A stretch of 45,085 bases of DNA from an uncultured Candidatus Sumerlaeota bacterium (GCA_964389675.1 CAYMEV010000005.1:124001-169085), one strand, 5' to 3'; positions 30,120-39,579 are shown, counted from the stretch's first letter. The notes: generated by a model not told the origin, from the letters alone. Numbers and translations: made by a program.

Positions 30120-31047
30120 GCTTTCAATATTCGGGACAATAACCGTCATCATCATTTTTATTTCCTTCTTTTTATATAATAACAGAACAATTGAAGCAGA
30201 TTTTTCTACAGAGATCGTAGATATCTCATATTTTGACGGTATCGAGGAAGACATTATCTTTCAGTCAAATATGACCGGAAATTTTCAGATCTATAGTATA
30301 AAGCCCTCAGGCAAGGAACTAACAAGATTGACCGATAATGAATTTTCCGATGAATATCCTGTATTCTCTCCGGACAGAAGCCTTATTGCATTTCACAGGA
30401 TTAATCATAAGGAGGACACTTCAAATATCATCGTTCTTCACCTTAACAGCGGAAAAGAGATCGCTGTCACCAGGGGAGATAACAAATTCTATGATCCCTC
30501 ATTTCTTGACAACTATACAGTCGGTTTTGATTGCGGCAGAAAAATGCAGATATATAAGTCAGATGTAAACAGCCATAATATTATACAGCTTACTGATCTT
30601 TCAGGCAGAAACATTCTGCCCAATTTCAGCCCCGACAAAAAATTCATGGCTTTTACCAGAAGCCCCATGCTCGGCTGGAATGTTTACATAATGGACCTTA
30701 ATGATAAAAGTATTGAGAAGATTACAGACGGATTTGGCGCATGCAGGCCGCATTTCCATAAGAACAGCAGGACAGTGGCTTATGTTTCGGAAGAAGGTGA
30801 CAGCAAAACGGAGTTATGGAAGATTGATACAGATGGCTCCAATAAAAAACGTATCACTAATTTACCTCAGACATATGATTACTACCCCTCATTTTCACCC
30901 GATGGAAAATATATCGTGTTTGCCAGGGTTGAAGATGATAAAACTAACGGCAACTGGGATCTATGGATTATCACAGCCGATGGGAAAAAGGCTGCACAGC
31001 TGACCACATCCCTGTCACAGGAAAAATACCCGTGCTGGTCAAGATAA
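30100..31047 (+). CDS. TolB-like beta-propeller protein (PD40 repeats) with N-terminal membrane anchor or signal
   Basis: Repeats RLTD..FSDEYPVFSPDR, QLTD...NILPNFSPDK, RIT....YDYYPSFSPDGK, QLT....EKYPCWS. Confidence 0.85.
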   Translation: MMKLVYKLSIFGTITVIIIFISFFLYNNRTIEADFSTEIVDISYFDGIEEDIIFQSNMTGNFQIYSIKPSGKELTRLTDNEFSDEYPVFSPDRSLIAFHRINHKEDTSNIIVLHLNSGKEIAVTRGDNKFYDPSFLDNYTVGFDCGRKMQIYKSDVNSHNIIQLTDLSGRNILPNFSPDKKFMAFTRSPMLGWNVYIMDLNDKSIEKITDGFGACRPHFHKNSRTVAYVSEEGDSKTELWKIDTDGSNKKRITNLPQTYDYYPSFSPDGKYIVFARVEDDKTNGNWDLWIITADGKKAAQLTTSLSQEKYPCWSR

Positions 31048-31059
31048 AATTTATATGGT

Positions 31060-34000
31060 ATGACTGAATCAAAACCTGATAAAGTTTTATTAATCATTTT
31101 CCTCTTATTCGTTCTTGCCTTAACTCTAAGCTATAATCTCGAATACAGAAGATATATACCATATATATTCAGTGATGAGGCAGTCTATATTATGATGGCG
31201 CAAAGCCTTGCCTATGATAGAGACCTGCTGTACGAAAGAAAGGATCTTGAACGCTTTTACAGGTCAGGATATTCCAATGGCCCCCAGGGGGTTTTTCTGA
31301 CCAAAAGGCTTGATCATCCTGTGAATGCTGATATAAGCACCGATTATGATAATAGAAGGATATTCTTTGCTTCCTTTTCAGCCAGGGATCAATTCCTGAA
31401 TACTCCGGAGTATTTCCTGAAAAGGGCAGAAGAACATGGAATTGAACTGAGCAATATTAGTAGTGATAGCGAAAGCAGTGAAGAAGGTGAATTCAGGCAA
31501 AAAAACTGCATTGTCAGTGATAGTATCTACTATTCCAAATTTCTGGTCTATCCCGTTTTTGTTTCTATTTTTGTATTTATTTTCGGGGATAAGGGGTTTA
31601 TGCTTTTTAATTTCATCCTGTTTTTCCTCATTATTTTAATGGGCTACAAATACCTTAAGAAATACAATACAAACCAGAATGCATTGCTCTATGTCCTTCT
31701 GTTTTTTCTTGTATCCGCTTCTGCTGTTTATACACTGTGGATCACTCCCGAAATTTTCAATATGTTTATGGTAACAGCAGGTTTTTTCTTCTTCTCCAGG
31801 TATATAGACAGAAACCGGCTTCTGATAATTTTAATATCCACAGTCTGTTTCGCTGTTGCAGCTGCTTCAAAGATCCCCAGTTCAATATTTATGCTGTCGC
31901 TGGGTTTTTTCCTTCTGTCAAAAAAAAGAATCAAGACTATTTTTCTGCTTATACTGGTCTTTTCAACCGTTTTTTTATCATTCTACGGAATTCAGTATAT
32001 ATTAACCGGCAATTATAACGCATACTGGGGTGACAGAAAGACTTTCTACTGGAATTTCCCTTTGCAGGAAGAAGGATATACGAACTGGGACAAGGGAGTA
32101 CGCCTATCCAATGAGGATTATTTCGAAAAATCCTTTTACTTCAGCCCCAGGGTTACTATTCTTAATGTTTTTTACTATGTTTTTGGAAGATTTACGGGGA
32201 TATTCCCTTATTTTATATTCAGCCTCGTCTCTGTTTTCCTCTTTATCTTTGATTCCGAGAAGAGGCATAGAATATTTATTTTTTTATCCATAATAATTTG
32301 TATCATGTCATATATAATCATGGCCCCTGATAACTACCAGGGCGGGGGAGGAGCAGTAGGGAACAGGTTCTTCATAGGTATATTCCCGGCATTCCTTTTC
32401 ATAGTAAGAAGAATAAAGTCTTTCATGATCCCTGTACTTTTCGGCATTATCGGATTATCATTTGTGGGAGTCATACTCATAAATCCGTTTGCTGTATCAT
32501 ATACTCCTTATATTCATGCTTTATCCCCGGCATACAGGCTTCTTCCGGTTGAATACACCCTGCTTAATACATTGCCCACACTAATTAATAATCACACCAT
32601 GGTTATGAGAAAGGATGATGATATCTGGTACAGGATCCATCAATTCGATGAAAACAGCCTTAGCAGGGAGTATGGGTGCTTCTGGCAGAAAGGGAATGAT
32701 AAATCTGAATTTGCAGTAAGAATAATGGATGAAAAGAGGCTTGAATATGGTGTATTGACCATATTCAACGGCTATAAAATTAATAATATCAGGCTGAAAC
32801 TGCCTTCATCAAAGATAAAAGAAAACCTGTTCCCGGGTGAATCAAGAAAAATCCTTTTCAGGCTGGATAAATCCTATCCATATTTTCAGACCAGGGTATA
32901 TCCCTTTACCTTTTCATCCAGCCAGGGTTTTATTCCGGTCTTCCATGGCCTGAACCTCGGGAAATTGAACACTGCTGATCTGGGGTTTCTATATACTTTC
33001 AACTTCAATGACTTTGAGGTTGCACAGGCTTTATTCCTGGACAATGAAAATGCTGAATCAAAGGCCTATGCAGAAAGGGCCTTTATGAAGAACCCTGAGG
33101 ACATAGCAGTGCAGAACCTTCTTTTAAGGATAGACCAGGATGCTGATCTTGATATGGATATACAGGCAGGATTTGCTTACTTTTTCAAAACCTACAGTGA
33201 ATCTATTTCTCCAGAACCAGCCCCAGACACCGGAGCAACCATTATTGATTACGCATATACTGATTTTGAGACACTGATAAGCGATCTTGGCATTTCATTT
33301 CCGGTGAATAACCTTGAAGCCAGCACTGAGCTGAAAAATACTGATAATATTCTGGATTTAAGCTGTGAAAAACCATTTTCTGTGCAGACCCCCAGGAAGA
33401 TTCTGCCAAAAGGGAAGTACAGGGCGATTTTCGAGATAATACCCTTTAGTGATCGCAAAAATCTGCTCTTCATCATGGATGCAAACTCAAGGATAAATAC
33501 AGTTTATAACAGCCATATGATCCAGAAAGGTAATGATTATAATATATACAGCCTTGATCTCGACCTGCATCTGCAGGATTCTGTATCATTCCGCCTTACT
33601 TCATTCGAAACATCAGGCTATTACCTGAATTCCATAACCATTATACCGCTGGAACCAGTAGAATATTTTGTAAATTATCTTAATCGAAGAGAAATAGACA
33701 GCTTTGAACCTTCACTGAAGGGCATAGGGATGTCTGCAGAAATGCTGAATTATAAATATTTAGGCAGTAAATACAGGCTGATCCTGGAAGATTATTTCAG
33801 TGATTTTAATAAAAAACCAGAGAAAAATTACAGCTGTCAGAGTATCTCAAATCATTTCATCGATTTAGAAATATATGATGTTGAAGCAAAAGACGGGACC
33901 CTTCTCTTTAAATCATCATTCTGCCTGAAAAAGCAGATAAATCACAATGTTTTATTAAATATTGAGATTATTGAAAAGCATTCATTTATTAAAAATATGC

Positions 34001-34176
34001 TCAGGGCTTTAAGGCTGAAGGATAAACTTTTTGTCATATCAATCCCGCTATCGGACAAAAACATCCCGTCTTTTCTCCTGCCTGCGGATTATCTGATAAG
34101 AAACACCTATAAGCTTCAAATCCCTGACAGATTTGATTCTGAGAACTATAAGATTGTATTCAGAATCCAGCAATGA
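31060..34176 (+). CDS. Polytopic membrane protein, probable GT-C-fold glycosyltransferase, with a long extracytoplasmic C-terminus
   Basis: Acidic SDEAVY motif after TM1; about 11-13 TM segments; PEIFN, ASK, GRFTG..PY, GGGGAVGNRFF; about 540-aa soluble C-terminal region. Confidence 0.7.
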   Translation: MTESKPDKVLLIIFLLFVLALTLSYNLEYRRYIPYIFSDEAVYIMMAQSLAYDRDLLYERKDLERFYRSGYSNGPQGVFLTKRLDHPVNADISTDYDNRRIFFASFSARDQFLNTPEYFLKRAEEHGIELSNISSDSESSEEGEFRQKNCIVSDSIYYSKFLVYPVFVSIFVFIFGDKGFMLFNFILFFLIILMGYKYLKKYNTNQNALLYVLLFFLVSASAVYTLWITPEIFNMFMVTAGFFFFSRYIDRNRLLIILISTVCFAVAAASKIPSSIFMLSLGFFLLSKKRIKTIFLLILVFSTVFLSFYGIQYILTGNYNAYWGDRKTFYWNFPLQEEGYTNWDKGVRLSNEDYFEKSFYFSPRVTILNVFYYVFGRFTGIFPYFIFSLVSVFLFIFDSEKRHRIFIFLSIIICIMSYIIMAPDNYQGGGGAVGNRFFIGIFPAFLFIVRRIKSFMIPVLFGIIGLSFVGVILINPFAVSYTPYIHALSPAYRLLPVEYTLLNTLPTLINNHTMVMRKDDDIWYRIHQFDENSLSREYGCFWQKGNDKSEFAVRIMDEKRLEYGVLTIFNGYKINNIRLKLPSSKIKENLFPGESRKILFRLDKSYPYFQTRVYPFTFSSSQGFIPVFHGLNLGKLNTADLGFLYTFNFNDFEVAQALFLDNENAESKAYAERAFMKNPEDIAVQNLLLRIDQDADLDMDIQAGFAYFFKTYSESISPEPAPDTGATIIDYAYTDFETLISDLGISFPVNNLEASTELKNTDNILDLSCEKPFSVQTPRKILPKGKYRAIFEIIPFSDRKNLLFIMDANSRINTVYNSHMIQKGNDYNIYSLDLDLHLQDSVSFRLTSFETSGYYLNSITIIPLEPVEYFVNYLNRREIDSFEPSLKGIGMSAEMLNYKYLGSKYRLILEDYFSDFNKKPEKNYSCQSISNHFIDLEIYDVEAKDGTLLFKSSFCLKKQINHNVLLNIEIIEKHSFIKNMLRALRLKDKLFVISIPLSDKNIPSFLLPADYLIRNTYKLQIPDRFDSENYKIVFRIQQ

Positions 34177-34213
34177 AATCGGATAATAACTGGATTAACA
34201 GCCTCAGAATAAT

Positions 34214-35230
34214 CTATGCCTTCAGTATATCCCTTATCTCTCTGCCTGTAAATACGCCTTTTTCTGTTATAAATGCGGATATAAGGTTATGCGGAGTTAT
34301 ATCAAACGAAGGATTTTCAGCATCTATATATTCCGGGATAATGCGATATTCCTGAGCTTTTCTTATTTCATCCTTATCCCTCTCTTCAATGACTATCATA
34401 TTTCCTTCGGAAATCTCTGGATCAAAAGTGGATATAGGGGCTGCGACATAAAAGGGGACATTATGGAACCTGCAGTTTATCGCCAGAAGATAAGTGCCAA
34501 TTTTGTTGGCAGTATCACCGTTCATGGCTATCCTGTCAGCTCCGACCACTGCACAGCTTATCCTGTGCTTTTTCATTATGTACGCAGAGCTTGAATCTGT
34601 AATAACCTTAACAGGGATCTTATCCTGGTTCAGCTCCCATGCTGTAAGCCTTGAACCCTGTAAATAAGGCCTTGTCTCATCTGCATAAACCATCTCGACC
34701 TTTCCTCTCTGGAATGCACTTCTTATTACCCCCAGGGCTGTTCCCCATCCGCATGTAGCCAGCGCCCCTGCATTACAATGAGTAATAATTTTTGATCCCG
34801 GTTCAATAAGGCTCTGTCCATATTCACCTATCTTTTTGTTTATTGCGATATCATCTGAATACATCCTTTCAGCATTTCTGAAAAGAATTTCAAATATCTC
34901 TTCCACCTTGTCTGTTTTCAGGGACTTATACCTTCGTTCCTGCATATTTAAAGCCCAGGAGAGATTGACAGCGGTTGGACGCGCGCTTATAAGATATTCT
35001 TTAGCCAGCCCAAAATCCCTGGCACTAAATCTGTTTTTGCCCCTTAAAGCGAATGTAATTCCGAAAGAGGCCGTTACGCCGATTGCAGGGGCTCCTCTGA
35101 CGATCATGTCCCTTATGGCACTATGGGCATCCTCAACTGTTCTTATATCAATGTATTCAGTATGAAACGGAAGTCTTCTCTGATCAAGAAGCTGTATAAA
35201 ATCATGATTGACCCTTATTGTTTCCAGCAT
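34214..35230 (-). CDS. mtnA: S-methyl-5-thioribose-1-phosphate isomerase
   Basis: LDQRRLP, MIVRGAPAIG, ARPTAVNL, THCNAGALAT, ETRPYLQG.RLTAWEL, GADRI..NGD.ANKIGTY, NPSFDITP. Confidence 0.96.
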   Translation of the reverse strand: MLETIRVNHDFIQLLDQRRLPFHTEYIDIRTVEDAHSAIRDMIVRGAPAIGVTASFGITFALRGKNRFSARDFGLAKEYLISARPTAVNLSWALNMQERRYKSLKTDKVEEIFEILFRNAERMYSDDIAINKKIGEYGQSLIEPGSKIITHCNAGALATCGWGTALGVIRSAFQRGKVEMVYADETRPYLQGSRLTAWELNQDKIPVKVITDSSSAYIMKKHRISCAVVGADRIAMNGDTANKIGTYLLAINCRFHNVPFYVAAPISTFDPEISEGNMIVIEERDKDEIRKAQEYRIIPEYIDAENPSFDITPHNLISAFITEKGVFTGREIRDILKA

Positions 35231-35307
35231 TGAAAATTCTCCTTGGATTTCTTAATTTCGATAGCATAAATATTTATATCTCAGATTATTATTATGACCA
35301 AAAAAAT

Positions 35308-35338
35308 TTGACATTTTTCAATAATGTGCAAACATTAT
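35308..35338 (+). promoter_or_regulatory. Candidate promoter (-35 TTGACA) overlapped by the inverted repeat ATAATGT-N4-ACATTAT (putative operator)
   Basis: TTGACA at 35308-35313; perfect 7-4-7 palindrome at 35321-35338 in the divergent mtnA / response regulator intergenic region. The -10 match is weak. Confidence 0.4.
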
Positions 35339-35360
35339 ACCTAGGAATATAATTTTAGGA

Positions 35361-35900
35361 ATGGGATTTAATCAGATGGATCAGAAGATACTCATAGTAG
35401 ATGATCAGGCAGTGGTAAGAGAAGACCTGAAAGAAAAATTTGAAAAGAAAGGCTTTGTTGTTAAGATCGCTAAAGATGGTCTGGAAGCTCTTTCAGATTA
35501 TCGCAGTTTCTCCCCGGACATTATTCTATTGGATGCAATGATACCAAAATTGCATGGATTTCAGGTATGCAAAGCTCTTAAGGATCAGGAAAAATGCAAA
35601 ATACCCATAATCATAATGACTGGTGTTTATCTTAAATCCAATTATAAATATGAGGCCATAAATAAATATAAAGCTGACAGCTATGTCACAAAGCCCTTTG
35701 ACTACGACCAGCTCTTCAGTGAGGTCTATAAGCTGCTGAATATTAAATCAGACCTCACACTGGATGAAGATGACGACCTCAGGTTTTTTTATAATGATAA
35801 CAGGGAAGAAGAAGATCACACAGATATAAAAAAAGATAAACCTGAAACAGATGATGACATTGATAAGCTTTTAAAAAGAACCTTGAAGGACTTTTTATAA
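35361..35900 (+). CDS. Response regulator: receiver domain with a short acidic tail and no DNA-binding domain
   Basis: KILIVDD, LLDAMIPKLHG (Asp intact), IIMTGVY, YVTKPF; tail ends in DDDIDKLLKRTLKDFL. Confidence 0.9.
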   Translation: MGFNQMDQKILIVDDQAVVREDLKEKFEKKGFVVKIAKDGLEALSDYRSFSPDIILLDAMIPKLHGFQVCKALKDQEKCKIPIIIMTGVYLKSNYKYEAINKYKADSYVTKPFDYDQLFSEVYKLLNIKSDLTLDEDDDLRFFYNDNREEEDHTDIKKDKPETDDDIDKLLKRTLKDFL

Positions 35901-36030
35901 TTTTGACCATATTTTTATTGTATTTTTCTTTCAATTATGTTAGATTGTGTTAATGATATTTACACGTATAAATGTTTTACATAAAAGTAAATATTGATCA
36001 GAATTACAAAATATTTAATAGGGTATCTAA

Positions 36031-39000
36031 ATGGCAAAAAAAATTCTTATAGTCGATTATGAACCAAAAAGCTTGGAACAGACCGTTAAACTGCTTCAAA
36101 ATGCAGGGTATGAAATTATCAAGGCCAAAGACGGGCTTGCTGCCATAGAAGTATTTAATAAAGAGAACCCTGATGCTGTTGTTCTCGCTGCCATGCTTCC
36201 CAAAATGCACGGGTTTGAGGTTTGCCGTACAATAAAGAAAACTGAAGAGGGAAAGAAAACCCCACTATTAATCACGACAGGTGTTTATAAGGGAGAAAAA
36301 TATAAAAGGCAGGCTCTTACTGAATATGGAGCTGATGGCTTTTTTGAAAAACCATATAACCCTAATGAATTCCTGTCATACTTAGGTGAATTGCTTAACC
36401 AGGGTACACAGGAAAATGCCCAGGTAAAGCCAATTGACCTTGATACTGACCTTGAAGCCAAGCTTGAGGATACCCTGTCAGGTCTTATGGAAATAGGTTC
36501 TGACAGTGATGTTGTATCAACTGATACCAATCTGGAGGCCAAGCTTGAAGATACCCTGGCGGGACTTATGAATGTGGAGGAGGAAGAACCAGAAGCCCCT
36601 GCAGATAAGGACTCTGATACATATTTCAATCCGCTTGAGCTTGCATCAGACCAGGAAGAAGAAAGTGCCTCTGAAGATATTAATAAATTAAAAGAGGAAG
36701 AAAAGGCCCCTGAAGAAAATATCAGCGCTGAAAATGAAAAATATGATATATCAGATATAGATGAAAGGCTTGAAGACACACTGTCATCAATGCTTAATGA
36801 TGAAGAAGAGCCTCAGATAAGAGAAGATACTGACATTGATAAGAGACTGCAGGAAACTCTTTCCGGTCTTAATATTTCCGAACTCTCCGGATTTACCGGG
36901 AAGGAAGCTGAAGCTGAGCCACCTGAAGATGCCACTATTGAGTTTGATACCCTGAATGCAATAAGGGAAAAGGAAGAGAAAGAAATGGCAGAGGCAGAGG
37001 CTGAGCCCAAAGAAAAACCTGAAGAGATAAGAGAGGAAAAGATAGATAAGGAACCCGAAGAAGAGATACTCAGAGAAGAGACAAAAACGGACATAATAGA
37101 AAAATATGGGCAGTACGAACTAATTGAAAAGATAGCTACAGGAGGAATGGCAGAGCTCTTTAAGGCCAGAAGGATAAATGTCGAGGGTTTTGAAAAAATT
37201 GTCGCCATAAAAAGGATCCTTCCTCATCTTGCAGAAGACAAAGAATTTATTACAATGTTCATTGACGAAGCAAAGCTTGCGGCACAGCTTACACATCAGA
37301 ATATTGTGCAGATATACGATCTTGATAAAGTAAATGGCAGTTTCTACATAGCTATGGAATATGTAAAGGGCAAGAATGCAAGGGCTGCTTTGCACAAACT
37401 CAAGAAAAGAGGAAATATTCTGCCTATTGAAATTACCTTGTTCATAATTTCAAAGGTCTGCAGTGCACTTGATTACGCTCACAGGAGAAGAGATTTTCAG
37501 AACCGGCTGCTGAACATTGTGCACAGGGATGTCAGTCCCCAGAATATTCTTTTATCATATGAAGGAGAGGTCAAGCTTGTTGATTTCGGAATAGCAAAGG
37601 CAGCCACAAAGGCATCCCAGACTCAGGCTGGTGCGCTGAAAGGGAAGATATTATACATGTCCCCTGAACAGGCCTGGGGGAAAAAGGTAGACAAGAGATC
37701 TGATATATACTCCATAGGAATAGTCCTTTATGAAATGCTAGCAGGAAAGCGCCTTTTCAGCGGTTCAAGCGAGATAGACATACTGGAAAAGGTCAGGAAA
37801 TCCATTGTAACCAAGCCTTCAGAGCTTAATCCAAGAGTTACTGAAGAGCTGGACAGGATAGTTATCAAAGCCCTGGCAAAGGATCCAAAAGACAGATATC
37901 AGAATGCTTCTGACATGCAGCATGACATAGAGAACCTTCTTTTCAGTACAAAGCTTAAAGCGAGAAAGTACAGCCTGGCTCACCTGATGAAATTTCTATT
38001 CAATGAGGAAATGCTTGCAGAGGGCGAGGAGATTGATGGGAAAATTATCGATTATTTTGCAGAAGAAGAAAAGGAAGAAACACAGCCTTCAAAATCAGGA
38101 AAAGCCCCTGTTGTCGTGCCTCCCGCAGTTTCAAAAAAGGAAGCTGGTCAGGATGAAGCTGCAGAAACAATAGAAATAGATACTTTTAAGGATTTATCTT
38201 CTCAATCACAGCAGATGGCAACCTCAGATAAAAAAGACATACAGGAAGCCAAACAATCGATAGAAGAAGATTGGGAAGGCAGGGATGTCGAACTGGATAC
38301 GCATAAGGACCTTCCTCCCTATGAAGAGCCTCAAGCCGTTTACAGCGAACCAGTCAGTGAGGACAGGGAAGAAGAAGAGGAATTCGAGATACCTACAGGC
38401 CTCAGGAAAAAGAAAACACCTCTTCCATTAATTTTCGGAGGAATAGCTGCAATTATAATAATAATACTTGCACTTATCCTTTTTACTGGCGGCGATGATG
38501 GCAAGAAACCGGGAGATAACGGCCAGAAGCCGAAATTTGATATCATCACGGAAGAGATTGATGGAAATGGTAATGCAGAGGTACTTACACCTGAAGAGAT
38601 CAGAAGGAGAAAGGAAGAAGAGGAGAAAAAAGAAAGGATTGATTCTTTGATCTCAAAGGTTAATGAATCTATTAATAATGACAGAATAGCGTTGGCGAGA
38701 AATTATATCGATGAGCTGAAAAAGGAAGACCCTCAGAATCCAAATATCACCTCCCTTGAAACAACCCTTCAGAAAAGGCAGAATGAGATAGAAGAAGAAC
38801 AGAGAAGAGAAAGGGAGCTTGCTGAGCAGGATGAGATTGCAAGGCTTGAGGAACAGAAAGAAAAACAGATCGCTGATCTTCTCGTAAAAGCCGAGCAGGC
38901 ACTGAATGATAAAAAATACGAGGAAGCAAAAACAATTGCAAGGAATATCCTTGATATAGAAAGCACACACCAGCGGGCATCACAAATATTTGGGCAGGCA

Positions 39001-39579
39001 GAGATAGAGATGGACAGGATAGCAAAGGAGCAGGAGCAGAGGCAGCAGATTACATCACTTATATCCAGGGCTAACTCTCAGATTGAGAATAAGGAATATA
39101 CCGAGGCAAAACAGACAGTCAATAATATTCTGGCAATAGATCCGAACAGCAGTGATGCAAATGACCTTCTCATAAGCATTGAAAGTGCTGAAAGAGCTGA
39201 TAAAGCAGCAGAGCGCGAAAGGCTGAAACAGATGCGCATTCTTGATGCAGAAGCTGATGTGCCTCCTAAAATGACTGGATCTCTGAATATTGACCTCGCA
39301 TACCTTGAAAGAAAGATCCCACATGACTTCAAGATAAGATTCCGCGAATTACAGACCAAATTAAGGAACAGGATACCTGTACAGCTTGATATAAGTGATA
39401 CAGGCAAGGTAGAAAATGTAAGGTTCTCTCTCAGGAAAACAGATCTTGAATTACTTGAGAAATTCGGGTATACCACAGAAATTGAAAAGGCTTTGAAAGA
39501 AGTGGAATTTTCTCCTGCTATAAAGGACGGAATGAGGAGAAAATGCATCCACAATATGTACCTTAATATAAAATGGTAG
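36031..39579 (+). CDS. Multidomain membrane Ser/Thr kinase: pseudo-receiver + acidic repeat linker + Hanks-type kinase + TM + TPR-like/coiled-coil + TonB C-terminal-like domain
   Basis: REC at aa 1-122; kinase motifs IATGGMAELF, VAIKRI, HRDVSPQN, KLVDFGIAK, YMSPEQ, SDIYSIG; TM LIFGGIAAIIIIILALILF; C-terminal PVQLDISDTGKVENV...KALKEVEFSPAIKDG. Confidence 0.9.
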   Translation: MAKKILIVDYEPKSLEQTVKLLQNAGYEIIKAKDGLAAIEVFNKENPDAVVLAAMLPKMHGFEVCRTIKKTEEGKKTPLLITTGVYKGEKYKRQALTEYGADGFFEKPYNPNEFLSYLGELLNQGTQENAQVKPIDLDTDLEAKLEDTLSGLMEIGSDSDVVSTDTNLEAKLEDTLAGLMNVEEEEPEAPADKDSDTYFNPLELASDQEEESASEDINKLKEEEKAPEENISAENEKYDISDIDERLEDTLSSMLNDEEEPQIREDTDIDKRLQETLSGLNISELSGFTGKEAEAEPPEDATIEFDTLNAIREKEEKEMAEAEAEPKEKPEEIREEKIDKEPEEEILREETKTDIIEKYGQYELIEKIATGGMAELFKARRINVEGFEKIVAIKRILPHLAEDKEFITMFIDEAKLAAQLTHQNIVQIYDLDKVNGSFYIAMEYVKGKNARAALHKLKKRGNILPIEITLFIISKVCSALDYAHRRRDFQNRLLNIVHRDVSPQNILLSYEGEVKLVDFGIAKAATKASQTQAGALKGKILYMSPEQAWGKKVDKRSDIYSIGIVLYEMLAGKRLFSGSSEIDILEKVRKSIVTKPSELNPRVTEELDRIVIKALAKDPKDRYQNASDMQHDIENLLFSTKLKARKYSLAHLMKFLFNEEMLAEGEEIDGKIIDYFAEEEKEETQPSKSGKAPVVVPPAVSKKEAGQDEAAETIEIDTFKDLSSQSQQMATSDKKDIQEAKQSIEEDWEGRDVELDTHKDLPPYEEPQAVYSEPVSEDREEEEEFEIPTGLRKKKTPLPLIFGGIAAIIIIILALILFTGGDDGKKPGDNGQKPKFDIITEEIDGNGNAEVLTPEEIRRRKEEEEKKERIDSLISKVNESINNDRIALARNYIDELKKEDPQNPNITSLETTLQKRQNEIEEEQRRERELAEQDEIARLEEQKEKQIADLLVKAEQALNDKKYEEAKTIARNILDIESTHQRASQIFGQAEIEMDRIAKEQEQRQQITSLISRANSQIENKEYTEAKQTVNNILAIDPNSSDANDLLISIESAERADKAAERERLKQMRILDAEADVPPKMTGSLNIDLAYLERKIPHDFKIRFRELQTKLRNRIPVQLDISDTGKVENVRFSLRKTDLELLEKFGYTTEIEKALKEVEFSPAIKDGMRRKCIHNMYLNIKW
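36442..36873 (+). repeat. Four copies of a 16-codon motif within the kinase linker
   Basis: DTDLEAKLEDTLSGLM (36442-36489), DTNLEAKLEDTLAGLM (36523-36570), ISDIDERLEDTLSSML (36748-36795), DTDIDKRLQETLSGLN (36826-36873). Confidence 0.85.

Noticed and set aside
34173-34355. 60-aa + strand ORF overlapping the GT-C stop codon
   Set aside because: It is mostly antisense to the conserved mtnA C-terminus and has no recognisable features.
35961-35990. Imperfect palindromes upstream of the kinase gene
   Set aside because: They are short, AT-rich and imperfect, with spacing different from the 35321 repeat, and cannot be distinguished from chance.
36442-36873. Spaced repeats as a CRISPR array or other DNA-level repeat element
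   Set aside because: The copies are in frame, diverge at synonymous positions and are irregularly spaced. They are protein repeats.
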